Source: Eutreptiella sp. 'Long Island Sound 2002' (lineage: Eukaryota; Protista; Euglenida). From it: DNA of 64,000 nt. Under the pieces are notes generated by a model, which ran no database searches, was not told the DNA's origin, and saw only the letters and a program-made list of their open reading frames with translations. A program made the position numbers and the translations under genes. Of this stretch, positions 47,590 through 59,127 are shown piece by piece. The stretch's first letter is position 1. Every line of letters begins with the position of its first letter. The stretch lies in NCBI GenBank assembly GCA_964036045.1, contig OZ038378.1:194308001-194372000 (forward strand), written 5' to 3'.

Positions 47590-49815
47590 GGGAATGCCGT
47601 GCACACAGTGCAAAGTGTTGTATGTTGGCAACTTCTTGAACCCTAGTTTTGGCCCCTTTTCACAAGTTTGTTGTTCCATACCAGCGCTTTTTCACGCTTC
47701 TTGTGCATAGAGAGATCCCACAGCTCCGTGCGTAGCTCGCAAGAGCAACAATCCGCAACACCTCGACATTGCGAGCGCTAAGTGAGCCGGAAATCAACAG
47801 CACCCTGCCGAAAGACCGACTCGCCCAATGGATGCGGAATACCGTTGCTATTTTGCTGCGGGCATATTTTGCCTCCAGGGCAGGAGGCATGGGCGAAATT
47901 GAGCGCCGAACGGGTTTTCAAGGCCAGCACGACCCCGCTACCATGAAACTTGGGGACCTCTTTGCGTGGTGGATCCGAGATTGTTTTCATCGGTCTCAGT
48001 CACTCAATCGGTGCATGCAAGGCGCTACACAAGTGCCGGTGGAGCCGGCGCTGCCGCACAATAGTGTGGGACCTTGGCGGAAGCGTGGGCAGCCCTCGGC
48101 GAAAACTTCATGTGGTGCAGCGTGAAGTTTAGGGCGGTTGGTGGGGTCCTGCACTAGCAGTTGAGGGAGGGGGAGTGGATTCCAATCGGCGCGGAGCCGA
48201 GCGGGAACTGCTAGCATTGTGTTCAGCATGGGGCACCCATGCCGGCACACCATTGGCACTTCTACTGCCTGCACTGGTCTTGACGGGACCAACGTGACCC
48301 GCCCCGGTTGGTGCCGGGTTCGGCACCATGTCCGTCGCCTCCACTATCGCCCACATCGCATCCCGGACTCGCGGTTTGATGAAGCGACCACCCCCGGGGA
48401 GAGTGCCATGCTCTCCTTGTGCCACCGCACACGCGCCCAGTATGGCTCCCGTCTATAGGCCCTTACGGGGGCGTGGGTTCTATCTCGGGGGCATTGGCAG
48501 GCTTGCTCGCAGAGCGTGCGAGCTCCGGTGCCACGGCCTTGGCCTTGCGGGGCATAACGTCCATGGTGCGCGTGGTGGAAGACCTGGAGTGGCTCACACC
48601 TATGGTCACACAGCGGAGGATCGCGGCGGGTGCCCCGGCTTCTCGGATGTAGGAGTACCTCCCGCCCAAGGCCATCTGTCTCCTCGCCCACAAAGCGCAA
48701 GGGTCCCGCCATGGCCAACTCCTCCTGGCAATAGCCTCCCTTAGCTGGGTCTGCTTCCTCGGGGTCGGGGAGACGACCTCGCTACGGGTCGGGGACTTCG
48801 CCACCCTTGGGTTTCTCCAATTCTGGAACTCCAAGACGGGGGTAGAGGACTGGGTCTTCTGGACACTCGCTGGATACGCGGAGAGCATCCAGGCTTGGAT
48901 CCATGCACACGCCATGGGGACAGACCTCAAGGCCGACCACTTGGTCTAGCGGCCTCCGGTTTGCAGGCTACTTTGGTGGAGTGCCTGGCGGCCTTCCCCT
49001 ACTCCAGGGCGTGCTACCTCGCCCTGCTACCCGGGGGGCGGTGGCCTGCCCACTACAAGTGGTGGGGTTGGTGGTAGAGTATTGCGGTGGCTATGCAGTA
49101 TGCTACCCAGTGGAAGGACCCCGACGTCATCACACAGATCCACACACACGCCCACCTTTTGCACCTTGTTTCCGATGATGGTAACCACGGTCGTGTGCAG
49201 TGGTGGGAGAAGCGTTGTGACTCCACCTGTGTACGTACCCAAGTTGCTTGAATGGATGCGGATGCATACACCATGGAGGAATTTTGGATGAAATATGGTC
49301 ATCCTCAGCTGTACTCCGAAAAACTGTTGAGCCCGTAGGGGAAAAAAAAAGGAATATGGTCATCCTCAGCTTCTTGACCGGGAGGCATTGTTTCGTTTCT
49401 TTTTTTTTGGATGAAACACACCCCACTTGCAGAAACCGGTGCTTTCATGTCGGGCACCAAAGGGTGTTCAGAGGCGGCTTGGCGTCAAAGCGTTGCCTGT
49501 GTTCGTGAATATCTTAACCATGTTGTACAAGAAATTTGCTGGGCTGATAGGTTCAATATTCAATTTTGCATTCAGATGCAGGTCCGTCACCCTCCTTATG
49601 GACCATGGGACCATGTCCCATCTCATGTTTGGACTGATAAAAGCAACTCTGCCGCCGCGCAAGATGAAGGATAGGATGAGGTAGATGTGTGTGCATTGTG
49701 TAGTGCTCCACCATCAAAGGTTGTGGTGAGTGCCAGGAACATTATTGTGATGAATGTATTATTGTGATGAAGGTATTATTCTTTATTAGCTTATACACGA
49801 GTAATACACATTGAT
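47590..49815 (+). mobile_element. Unique composite insertion; both end regions are homologous to the 61216 element and the interior contains a YR relic
   Basis: 47590-47700 (GGGAATGCC..CAGTGCAAAG..GAACCCTAGTTTTGGCCCCTTTT) matches 61218-61320. 49600-49790 (GPWDHVPSHVW..CALC..CGECQEHYCDEC) matches 61590-61780 (GAWPHVPESVW..CQLC..CGTCHLNMCASC). Confidence 0.65.
48419..49105 (+). pseudogene. Degenerate tyrosine recombinase of DIRS/Ngaro/VIPER-type YR elements
   Basis: WVCFLGVGETTSLRVGDF (box I; catalytic R appears as G at 48761), FWNSKTG (catalytic K), then after a frameshift YLALLPGG (H..RRGG) and WWGWW*SIAVAMQY (GRW.S...Y). Confidence 0.7.
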
Positions 49816-51531
49816 GTTGAATTTTGCTATTTCGACTTATGCAGTGTGCTTTGTAGGGAAGGTTTGAGGTCCACTCTTGGTGGACTTGGGGGCTCTTCTA
49901 GAGGAGGGTAAATCCGGGGTGAAAGTCAGGATAGTTTCTACAAAAGTAGCGCGCTGCGCAAACACCCCCCCCTTTGGTGCCTCAGCGGTTTAAGGACTGG
50001 TTCAATAGGGGGCCGGTCTTCACACAAGCCTGCGTGTTGAGTTGTGGGATTGGGTTGTGCATGCATGTGTGCTTTTATGCATATTGTTATCTGCTCCATT
50101 TGCTCGAGCTCCCCTGGTCTGTGATCAATTGGGACACGACTGGCACTTTCAATGGGCCTGGAACTGTTCCTTCCAATATTCTTGAGTTGCATTATTCTTC
50201 TTCATTTGCATCTACATCTGAGTTGCTGTATTGAGTGAGCATGCGAATCAATGATTCAAATATGTCGCATGTTCATTGGTGCTACTAGAGTTGTTGCCAC
50301 ATTGGGCTGTGGTTTTGGATTACCCTGTGCAAAGGGGTTTCATACTCATGTAAGTGCCTTTCCCTGAAGGGTGTGCCAAGAACACACATTGTAGGTGGGT
50401 TGGCATGGGCTCAAACCCACCTTCTCTGCTTCTTTTTGTTATCACAAGATCTGTCAACAGCTCCAGCAGCAGCAAGCTTGGCAGCCATCTGTGATGTATG
50501 CAACGCCCTCATTCCCACATACCCGGAACAGAACTCAGGAGAAAGTTTGTGGGACGCCCTCAAGGCGTGTCAGTTGCATCCCGCTGCATCCCCTGGTGAC
50601 AGTGTACAAGTCTCAAGTACACATCCCACCATCCTCTGACGGCATGTGGGTCCTCCACACGGGATAATATATGTTGCATTTTAAGTGCCACACAGAGCCG
50701 GTCCGTCTGACCGAGCACTTATGAGGCACGGGTAAATCTGAGCAAAAAAAAAGTACATGGAACAGAACTCAACTCCTGTAGATTTGATTCACTCGCTCTT
50801 CTTTCAGAGGCTCATACCCTACCCCCTCCCTCGCGAGGACATTGTCTATGGCGGGGACATTCGGTCAATCAGAACCGACCATTGATCCCCTCGTGAGGAC
50901 AGCACCCTTGTCAGAACAATATGGGGTGCTGTTTCTGCAACTTTTGAAACCATTGGCTTTCGTGGCCCCATTTTCTGGTTGTTTATGAGGTCAAGTTTTT
51001 TCTTTGATTTGAAGCAAGGAATAGTATTGATTGCTAGGCTGCCACTTGTTGCCCATAGGTAGGATACGTCTTGCCCCATTCTGCTCCTTGCTTCAGTGCA
51101 GAGAATGTATAATGCTTGTTTTTGAGGCCAATTCAGGGTCCGATTCTGATTTTCGTTCAGGGACAGACACCAGGTGTGATGGACCCAGCTATGATGAGGT
51201 TTCTGAATCAGGTTCTGTGTCCGATTCAAGTTCCTTGTCAAATGCATCTTCCATTTCTTTGAACAGCAGTGGTCAGGCCAGGTGTTCTGGAGGACAACGG
51301 CATGTGGATCTTGTCTAGACATCAAGGATGTTTTGCTTTGCTCTCATTGCTCATGTCCTCACGGCGCACTCAAACAGCGCCCTTGGCAGATCAGGAGGGC
51401 CATTTATTGTCATTTGGTAACTCTTTCTTTGCATACAAATACTTATTGCTCTGGTGTTGTGCAATGCCACATTTGTCGCTCGTTCTTTGGGGCAAAGAGA
51501 GTGCCTTCTTTCATTTGTAATGACAAAATTG

Positions 51532-51587
51532 AATTGGAGGACCGTCTTCCCTGGGGTGGGGATGGACAAGGGGGGGGGGGGGGAGGG
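51532..51587. mobile_element. 56-bp G-rich insertion flanked by the 14-bp duplication TAATGACAAAATTG
   Basis: Repeats at 51518-51531 and 51588-51601; a single copy at 13628-13641. Confidence 0.85.
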
Positions 51588-52381
51588 TAATGACAAAATT
51601 GGAGATGGCACCCAGGGGCACCACCCAGGGGTCCATATAGAAGAAAAAAGTGGAATGTGACTTGCGTCCGAATTGACGTATAGTGGCAGCTACAGGCGAA
51701 CCAAGTTGGGCCCACCACAATGCTAGCGGACCCAGAACGGTGCTCTCAGGACCAATATGCATTGGCCAATGATTCAGCGTATGCTTGCGTCAGCGTATGC
51801 TTGCCTAATGCTTGCGGATATTTCGGTCCTGTAGCCACCAACTCATCCCTCAGCCATGCAATCACACTGAGATGCAAAACAATTGGTCTCAGAAATAACA
51901 CCATTTGGCAGAGGGAGTGGTCATTGCACAAAGCAAACATTGCATATGCTAAAAAGCTAGGGCAACCGTTACCACCCCCCACCCCCCAACTGTGAGCACT
52001 AAAAGCGCTGAAAATGACGGAAACACCATCTCGCGCTCCAATTTTAAGCTGTCGAAAAGAGGAGGTGCGTTCAAGAAAGTCAAAGAGCAGATGTCAAGAA
52101 GTTGGGAAGTGAATGATGGGATGTTGCATGTAGTTTGGAACAACCATTGGAGCATGGACCCTATGCTCTTGGCCGTCCCAACGCGCCTCTTGTGGTATAC
52201 AAACCCCTGAACAACCACCGTAGCAGCTAGGACCAACGGATTTACTCTAGAAGAAAAAAGGGAGGCCCGCGTGACTTTACATGCTATACCCCGACAATAC
52301 CATCCTTTTTGTCCCTTGTACCTTCGATAACCCCACCAACAGGGGCATGGGGAAGGTCTCTCTTCAAGGTGCCTGGCCAAA

Positions 52382-52551
52382 GAGGGTGCCGACCGGGCGG
52401 TGTGCGCAGTGCAGCGCGCAGTGCAATATCAGCCTGGCGCACACAATATCCCTCCTTTCCGGTCCGTCCCTGCCTACCCTCCGAAAGGGTGTACATTGCA
52501 CTAAAGCGTTGTATGCTCTGACGCACGCGGTGCGCGGTGCATTTCAGCACC
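52382..52551 (+). mobile_element. 170-bp G5/C5-type MITE (GAGGGTGCCGA...TCAGCACC) at a rearrangement junction
   Basis: Near-TIR with CGCAGTGC cores on the left and CGCGGTGC cores on the right, in the same orientation. The left flank is array sequence and the right flank is RNase H sequence. Confidence 0.6.
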
Positions 52552-52800
52552 TTGGATTCCGAATACCTGTAGAAAGGCATAACGGAATGGTCGGTGAAAT
52601 GGCACCGACACGGGTGGCGGGTTAAGAATAGGGAGGTGGGGCACAAGGACTTGTGGGAACAGATTTTTCTGCTACGGCGGGAGGCGGGGTCGCTGTTGCA
52701 GTTGGTGTGGACGCCTTCCCATATGCAGGTAGTGGGAAATGATAGGGCAGATGCATTGGCAGAGGAGGGCCGGCATCAACATCCACATAATACAAAACGG
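52552..52800 (+). pseudogene. RNase HI C-terminal half (retroelement-type), 5'-truncated with an in-frame stop
   Basis: LDSEYL*KGITEWSVKWHRHGWR..VGHKDLWEQI..LQLVWTPSH..GNDRADALA matches the RNase HI motifs DSxY, WxxxGW, NxDLW, WxxxH and GNExADxLA. Confidence 0.85.
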
Positions 52801-54427
52801 AGGTCGGAGGAGCCGAGGCCGCCACTGTTGTGGGAGGAGGTGGGGCTGCTTCCCATGCGATCCGATGTATCGCCCTCGGCAGGGGGGGGGGGGTCGACAA
52901 AGCCCCCCGTTTCAGCCGGAGCGAGGTCAAGTGTCAGGGGCTCGTTAGCGTTGTCAGAGGGGTCACACACGTCGACGGATTCCTCCACGGCAGATTGGGT
53001 GAGTGAGTCCAGTGATGGAGGGTCGGGCTTCAGCACAGACGTCAGTGATCGACAGCGGGAGCGCAAAAGAGCGAGGGGAGCAGCATAGCATAGTTGGGCG
53101 TGTGCAGCTCTTCGATTTTTCAGAGGGCGGTTTGAACCCCGGGGAGGGCTGGGAACCGCTGAACGTCCCGCAGCCCCAAGGGATGTTTATTTTATGGTCG
53201 CGCATGGAAGGTGAGTGGTGAGCATACGAGAAAGTGCACGGGGGCCGGGCCCCGCAGTGCGCTCCGTCGTCGCGGCTCGTGGAGGCCACGGCGCCGACGA
53301 TCATGAACAGATGCTGCTTCTATGCGGCCACTGTAGATAAGGTGGCAGCAATGATGCAGACAGTGGGGTGTAGGGGGGTGGGGTGGATGGCGGTTAGTTA
53401 ACCACATCGCTAGCGTAGTATACTGGCAGTGCACGGGGGCCTCGTCACGGAGAGCGTAGGATGGATGCCCGGCGTGTAGATCATGGCACCGACGGGCAGA
53501 CCCCTGAGCGCGGCTTCGCCGCTCCAGCTAGTGATTTCCTGCGGGTGGGATACCGGGGGTGACGGCCATCGTCGGATTATGGCTAAGCACAGAGTGGGCG
53601 TTGAAACGCTGTTTTTAGGAAATTTTGGGACCACTGTTTTTGTCGTCCCAGATGTAAGATGGGGTTTAAAACCATTCTACCACACATTGCAACCCGTGAT
53701 TCTTAGCCAGTCCCGATATTCCCCTTCCACAGGCTGTCACTATCTGCATCTTCTGGAAATGGGCGGTCATGTGCGTTTGCCATCCTGTGTGTTGCACGCG
53801 AGCATAGTGTTGTCTAAGCACCTGGTGGGCGTTGAACCGCTGTTTTGTCTGGTTTTTTGGGACCACGGCTGTGCTTGCGCAGGGGGAGGGGGGTTACATT
53901 CAACTAGAACCAGTATCCTACAAGACCTTTGGGTATTTGGCCTACAATCTATAATCCTGCTCCTTCGCAGGACAATACATAGTTGATGGCTTAGCGGACA
54001 TCACTGCTCAGGGCTGTTTGCCACTCTAGCACGCGGCCCTGGTGCAGCCCTAGTGCAGCAAGGAAACCCCACTGTTCGGGACTGTATGATGCCAATGTAC
54101 AGGTCAAGCGTCAGATGATTGTGGAAATTGCACCACCTTGGAAAGCAGTTTTACGCTGCAGGTCTGTGGAACTTTCTGCGTTGGTTGCAGCCATGCATTG
54201 TTGCACATTGGTGTGTTGTCCAATGTATCATGGGTCACACCACTAGGCACTTTGGAAGTGCACTCCAACCCTTTGACCGTGCACCCAATCAGGAAATCAT
54301 CGCACTGCAGTTGACAACCACCTTTCCTGGGCATTTCTCCAATATAAACCTGCAAGATCTGCCAAGAAGTGCACTGCAACCCTCTGCCCCACCAAACTCA
54401 AGCCCCAACCTGCCCAAGAGCGAAATG

Positions 54428-54960
54428 GAAAGAAAAAGAGAAGAGGAGAGAAAGAGAAGGGGAGAGCAAGAGAGAATGGAAGGGAGAGAGTAGGAGAGAG
54501 ACCCACAGAGCGAGAGACCGGGGCTAACCGGCGCAAAGGGAGGTGGTGGGTTCGAGCTGACCAGGGTTCGAGCTGATCAGGGTGGGTTCGAGCTGACCAA
54601 GGTAAAAGGGACGCCACGGCGGCACGGAACAGCCGAGAAATGTCAAGAAATGAAAAAGCAGGGCGCCGTAGCGCCCCTGAGCCACTGGCTCGACACGTTG
54701 TCACGTGTTGAACAGCCGAAGCAAGACTGGGGCGGCGAGAGTGCGGCCCAAGTGAGGATGACGGAAGCAAGTAGGCATGAATGTGTAGGCGGCATGCGCA
54801 TGCATGGTGGGGAGCTGAAAAGGTATGCGCCACACGCCACACGGCGACCATGACACGTCCTCACGAGCCAGAATGCAAGTGCATGACAGGGTCACGACCT
54901 GCAGGGCAAGGGTTAGAGACTAACCGGCACTGTGGGTGGGTGGTGGGTGCGAGCTGACCT
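54428..54960. repeat. Unique insertion with a purine tract, 3x GGGTTCGAGCTGAYCA and diverged ~50-bp direct repeats at its ends
   Basis: GA-rich 54428-54500; 16-mers at 54548, 54564 and 54584 and a variant at 54945. CTAACCGGC..GGTGGTGGGT(T/G)CGAGCTGACC occurs at both 54520-54562 and 54918-54959. Confidence 0.75.
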
Positions 54961-55613
54961 AAATGTCCAGAGGACCAGTGCCTATGCACAGTCAGCAACC
55001 ACCTGGTGTGGTACAGAACTGGTCTACGATGCAGTGCAGCAAGCAAAACACTGAACAATGTGGTTATGACCATGCGCCTGTGACACGGGGGCGTATGCGA
55101 GCCCAGTTTCCGTTGCCTCATGGCCAAGAGCGAAATGCACACTTGAACAAGTACAGGAGACAGTGGCCGCTTTCAGCATCCCTGAGGCAGAACCCAGATA
55201 CAAGCGATGTTTTTTACGTGTTGGGGGGAGCGTTAGTGCGCCAGGCCCACGCCAGGCATCTTTTTTGACCCGTGCCCCACCGGTGACCTTTTAGGGGGTG
55301 CGCACTAAGTGCAGTGCGCGCGCAGTGCAACTATTTGGACGTCTAGCCATCCTAGAACCCCATACTTTGTGATACCTGCAAGATCTGCCCCACCAAACTC
55401 AAGCCCCAACCTGCTCAAGAGCCAAATGCACACTTGAGACAAGTACAGGAGACAAGGAGACAGTGGCCGCTTTCAGCATATCCCTGAGGCAAACCCCAGA
55501 TACAAGCAATGTTTTTTTCGTGTTGCATGCAATTGTGGGTTGAACGAAGTTGCTGCACAACATTTGCACATGTTGTCTCCAGTTCTCATAAGAGCTTATT
55601 TCTTGACGCACCG

Positions 55614-56846
55614 ATGTCGACTCGCTCAGCCACGCATTCCATGGCCAGTGACCTCATGTTGGCACAAGAGTACTGTTTCTGGAGAGACAACTACGAGGTG
55701 GTGATTGTGAAGAATAGACGCCGAAAGTCGTCGCAGCGCACTGAGCTGGTGCAGTTGAATCGCATCACCTCATGGGGTGCGTACCAAGCAAGCGTAATCA
55801 TGCACATGGCCCAGACCCCACAGAACGGCAGTCTGCACATCTTTCGCAAGGGAATCGCCCCAGAGTACGACGATCCTGTGAATCGGAATGGCGGTCTCTT
55901 TAAGCTGACGTTTCAAGCCACAAGTTGTGCTGCGGATGCGTTCACAGCGCTGTGCGGTTCCTTCGTCCTGGGGCACCTCCCGAACCACGTGGCAGTGAAT
56001 GGGGTAACATTTGCCAAAAAGGGGACGAGTTGTGGTCTGAAGGTGTGGGTTGGGAGCAGGGCCAAGCAGGTGGTGGCCCACGTTCAGGAGTGGTTCACGA
56101 AAGAATTGGATGGCTTCATCTCGTCCTGTCTGTTCTGCCCCATTGTGTCGCTGCTGACCTCCATTCAGAAGAAGCAAGCTGCACTGTGTGTGCCACCACA
56201 GCCCATCCAGCAACCACAAGGCCCAAACCCTAGAGACGCCATCGGGATCCTCAAGGTACCACCACCACCCCCAGTGATGATACCCGCAGTCACCACCGCA
56301 GGCAACATGGGAATCATCCCTTGGGACTTGGTGCAACAGCCGGATGTCGCTGGCAGCCCAAGCCTGTTTCTTCTCAACGAAGCATCGTTCTCGAGTGATG
56401 GTAGCGACCCTGACACGGCTGCGTCTGGTAGATCCCTGGGATACAGCAGTCAGGCCTCCACTTCCGACGTCAATGACCGAGCACGCGATTCGCAGCTGTT
56501 GTCGCTGTCCCGAGACGAGTGTATACTGGAGCAGGCCGTTGAAGAATGTGTACAGGATGTCCAACAAATGGAGGCATCGGGTCCTCAGGTGCCTGCCGCG
56601 CTTTCAGTCGTCCACAATGTGTTTGAGGATGATGCCATGAGGTGCTTGATGAGCAGGTCTCGGTACTCACAAGCCTGGGCTGTAGAAGCAGCGGACGCCG
56701 TGAGAAAGCGGCTGCAAGCCACCGCAGAGCGGTGCCGTGCATTTCCTCGCGATTTTATGGAAGTGCGGGTCGTGCAAACCTCTCCGCAAGCCCCATGCCG
56801 TACATGCTCTGACGATTCTGACGAATGTATGGGCAGATGGGGATAG
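55614..56846 (+). CDS. eIF4E-like protein copy 5 (GIAPEYDDPV allele)
   Basis: Intact frame with private changes RITSW, DDPV and MIP. Confidence 0.85.
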   Translation: MSTRSATHSMASDLMLAQEYCFWRDNYEVVIVKNRRRKSSQRTELVQLNRITSWGAYQASVIMHMAQTPQNGSLHIFRKGIAPEYDDPVNRNGGLFKLTFQATSCAADAFTALCGSFVLGHLPNHVAVNGVTFAKKGTSCGLKVWVGSRAKQVVAHVQEWFTKELDGFISSCLFCPIVSLLTSIQKKQAALCVPPQPIQQPQGPNPRDAIGILKVPPPPPVMIPAVTTAGNMGIIPWDLVQQPDVAGSPSLFLLNEASFSSDGSDPDTAASGRSLGYSSQASTSDVNDRARDSQLLSLSRDECILEQAVEECVQDVQQMEASGPQVPAALSVVHNVFEDDAMRCLMSRSRYSQAWAVEAADAVRKRLQATAERCRAFPRDFMEVRVVQTSPQAPCRTCSDDSDECMGRWG

Positions 56847-58017
56847 TGCAAATCAGCGATGGATTTAATTTTGGCGCTACTCGGGGGTCCGGGTCCGGGG
56901 CCGGGGGGGGCGGTCAGTTTTTGTGACTGATCACAAAAAACATACAGGGCCATAGTGAGAAAGTGCGGCCCCGAAAAAATCTTGTGACCAAAAAGGTTGT
57001 CTTCGGTAGAATGTCCCTCCTGTGTCTGGCTGTAGTGCAAATTGACCGTGACTGTGTCTGCTTGCACTTTTGCTCCTCCCTTGCATCTATCAGTACCAGT
57101 TCATCTAGTGACAGTTGCATCTATCAGTACCAGTTCATCTAGTGACAGTGGCAGCGATAGTGGCACTGGCAGCGACAGTGACAAGTGACAGTGATGGTAG
57201 CTGCAGGGAGCAAGACAATTTTGTCACTGTGAGTGATGATAGTGGATGACATTGAGGCATAGAATGACATTGAATGACGTTAACAATGTTGCATCCACAG
57301 GGCCCTATGCTTATCATGAGTGCTGTTGCATCCCCCCCCCCCCCCTTATGTACATGTATGGGCTGAGGGCTGCCCAAAACCCCTGGTTTTAGGTCACCTT
57401 TTTTTGTGACCAGATATTGTGACCTTTTTCATGACCAAGGGGGGGGGGTTGGTGAGGGACCCCGGACCCCCCCCCCCCCAGTTAGATCCAACCCTGGTGC
57501 AAATGCGGCTGCAAGCCTGTGGGCATATATGGGCCTGTGGGCATGTGCTGCTTTGCATTAAGGGGGCAGGTTTGTGCCTGTGGCATCGCTTGGCTTGAGG
57601 TACTGTTACACAATGTATGCATATCCTCTGTTGATGGCAACCACATGTTTCTCATGCATTGCAGGATGGCAATCCTTCCTTTTTGTACACAAATGGTGCG
57701 AGACCACCATTGCTCCTGCACTATGCAAGGGGGGCAGCCGGCATCCTATTTTGTGGATGTTCCATCTGCTTTTGGACCGTGGCCCTGCCCTGACTGCCAA
57801 GCAGAAACCCGCCAGTGACCCTGATCCTGTGGAACCTGAACCCTTAAGGGTTCCGTTACAACAGCACCCTCAGCCGCAGGCAGGACGCACAAGGGATGTC
57901 CCAACTGGGCACTACTTCCACATGGCATCCCCCAAGCAAAGGGCAGCCGGGAGGATGTGGCGCCGCATCCGTGACAAGGGGAGCGGTATGTCTGCATCAA
58001 TGAGGTCTGGAACACGG

Positions 58018-58626
58018 ATTATACCCCGACCAGTGGGTTGACTGCCAGAGTCACTCTGTTTTACAATAAAGGGCCCCCCTTTTCCTGCACTGAGCTGTAG
58101 ACCAATACCGGTATCTTCTTGCATACACCTATAGATTTCTGCATAGGCGTTTTACAAAGTTGCCCCTGCAATTCTTATAGCCTCCTGTGCGGTCAGCAGT
58201 GGCTCCGCACGAGGCTGGCAGCTGCAAGGGACACACAACATTTGCACAAGTACTGACGCTTTGGACGACCTTGCTTACACAAGCGATCCCACAATATGTG
58301 TGTATTTGTTGGCTGACGTCAAAGCCTTTACCAGCACCCCTCATGCCGCTTTCCTACAGGCACCATCCTGTATTGCAACACCCCCCAGCCACCCCCCTTG
58401 CCAGCCCCTACTGATGCACTTTCAGCATGTTTATCAGATATCCTACAACAAATGCAGCGGCTTCACATACCCAGTGAACCGTGGTCTCAGGGCTGGGTAC
58501 TTCCTATCCCACACCCCATTCACAAGGGCATTGATTTTTCAAATGTCCCAGTTGTTTGTCCACGTTGACGATAATACTATTGTGGCTGCATCCCAGGCCC
58601 AGTTGCAAGCTGCCCTCTATACCGAG
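58018..58626 (+). pseudogene. RT relic, copy 5a
   Basis: Homologous to 4395-4988. Confidence 0.8.
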
Positions 58627-59127
58627 TGCATGTTTTGGACCTCCAAATATGAGCGCTGATTCTTGCACCGGAAAGGGCATTCCATCCCAAATAGGACACT
58701 ATTCCGTGCAGTTTGCGTCTCGTTCCGCCCCATTGGCTGCACCATGAGGCATGTATCACAGCATGCGCCTGGAAGTACAGGACTGCCATGGATCAACGTG
58801 CCCGCCCTGTGTGCAACTGCAACAGGGCCTGTGGTTCTGATGTCACTGTCCCTTCCCTCCACAGGCCTTGCCATGCCTCAAATGCCCCTTGCCCCGGGCC
58901 CGGGTGCCGCTGCACATGTTCCTCCCCCCCCCTAATGCCCCACCAAACATAACCGTCCTGAAACAAGCACATGACTGTTGCATGGTTTGGAAGAGAAGGT
59001 CTGTCTGATCTGTGCGTTCGAACGGGGCTTCATTTGCATCTCAGTTTTACTCCGTCACTGAGGATGGCAAGTTGGCGCAGGCACCATACCAAATTGTTAA
59101 ATGCCGAAAACACACACAGCAAATGCG

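Noticed and set aside
53290-53345. PHD-like fragment DDHEQMLLLCGHCR
   Set aside because: Only one CxxC pair is followed by a stop; the other ligands are missing.
54548-54599. CRISPR-like short repeats
   Set aside because: The repeats are adjacent without unique spacers, there are no cas genes, and the context is eukaryotic.
54908-54918. Telomere-like GGGTTAG
   Set aside because: A single unit, with no tandem array.
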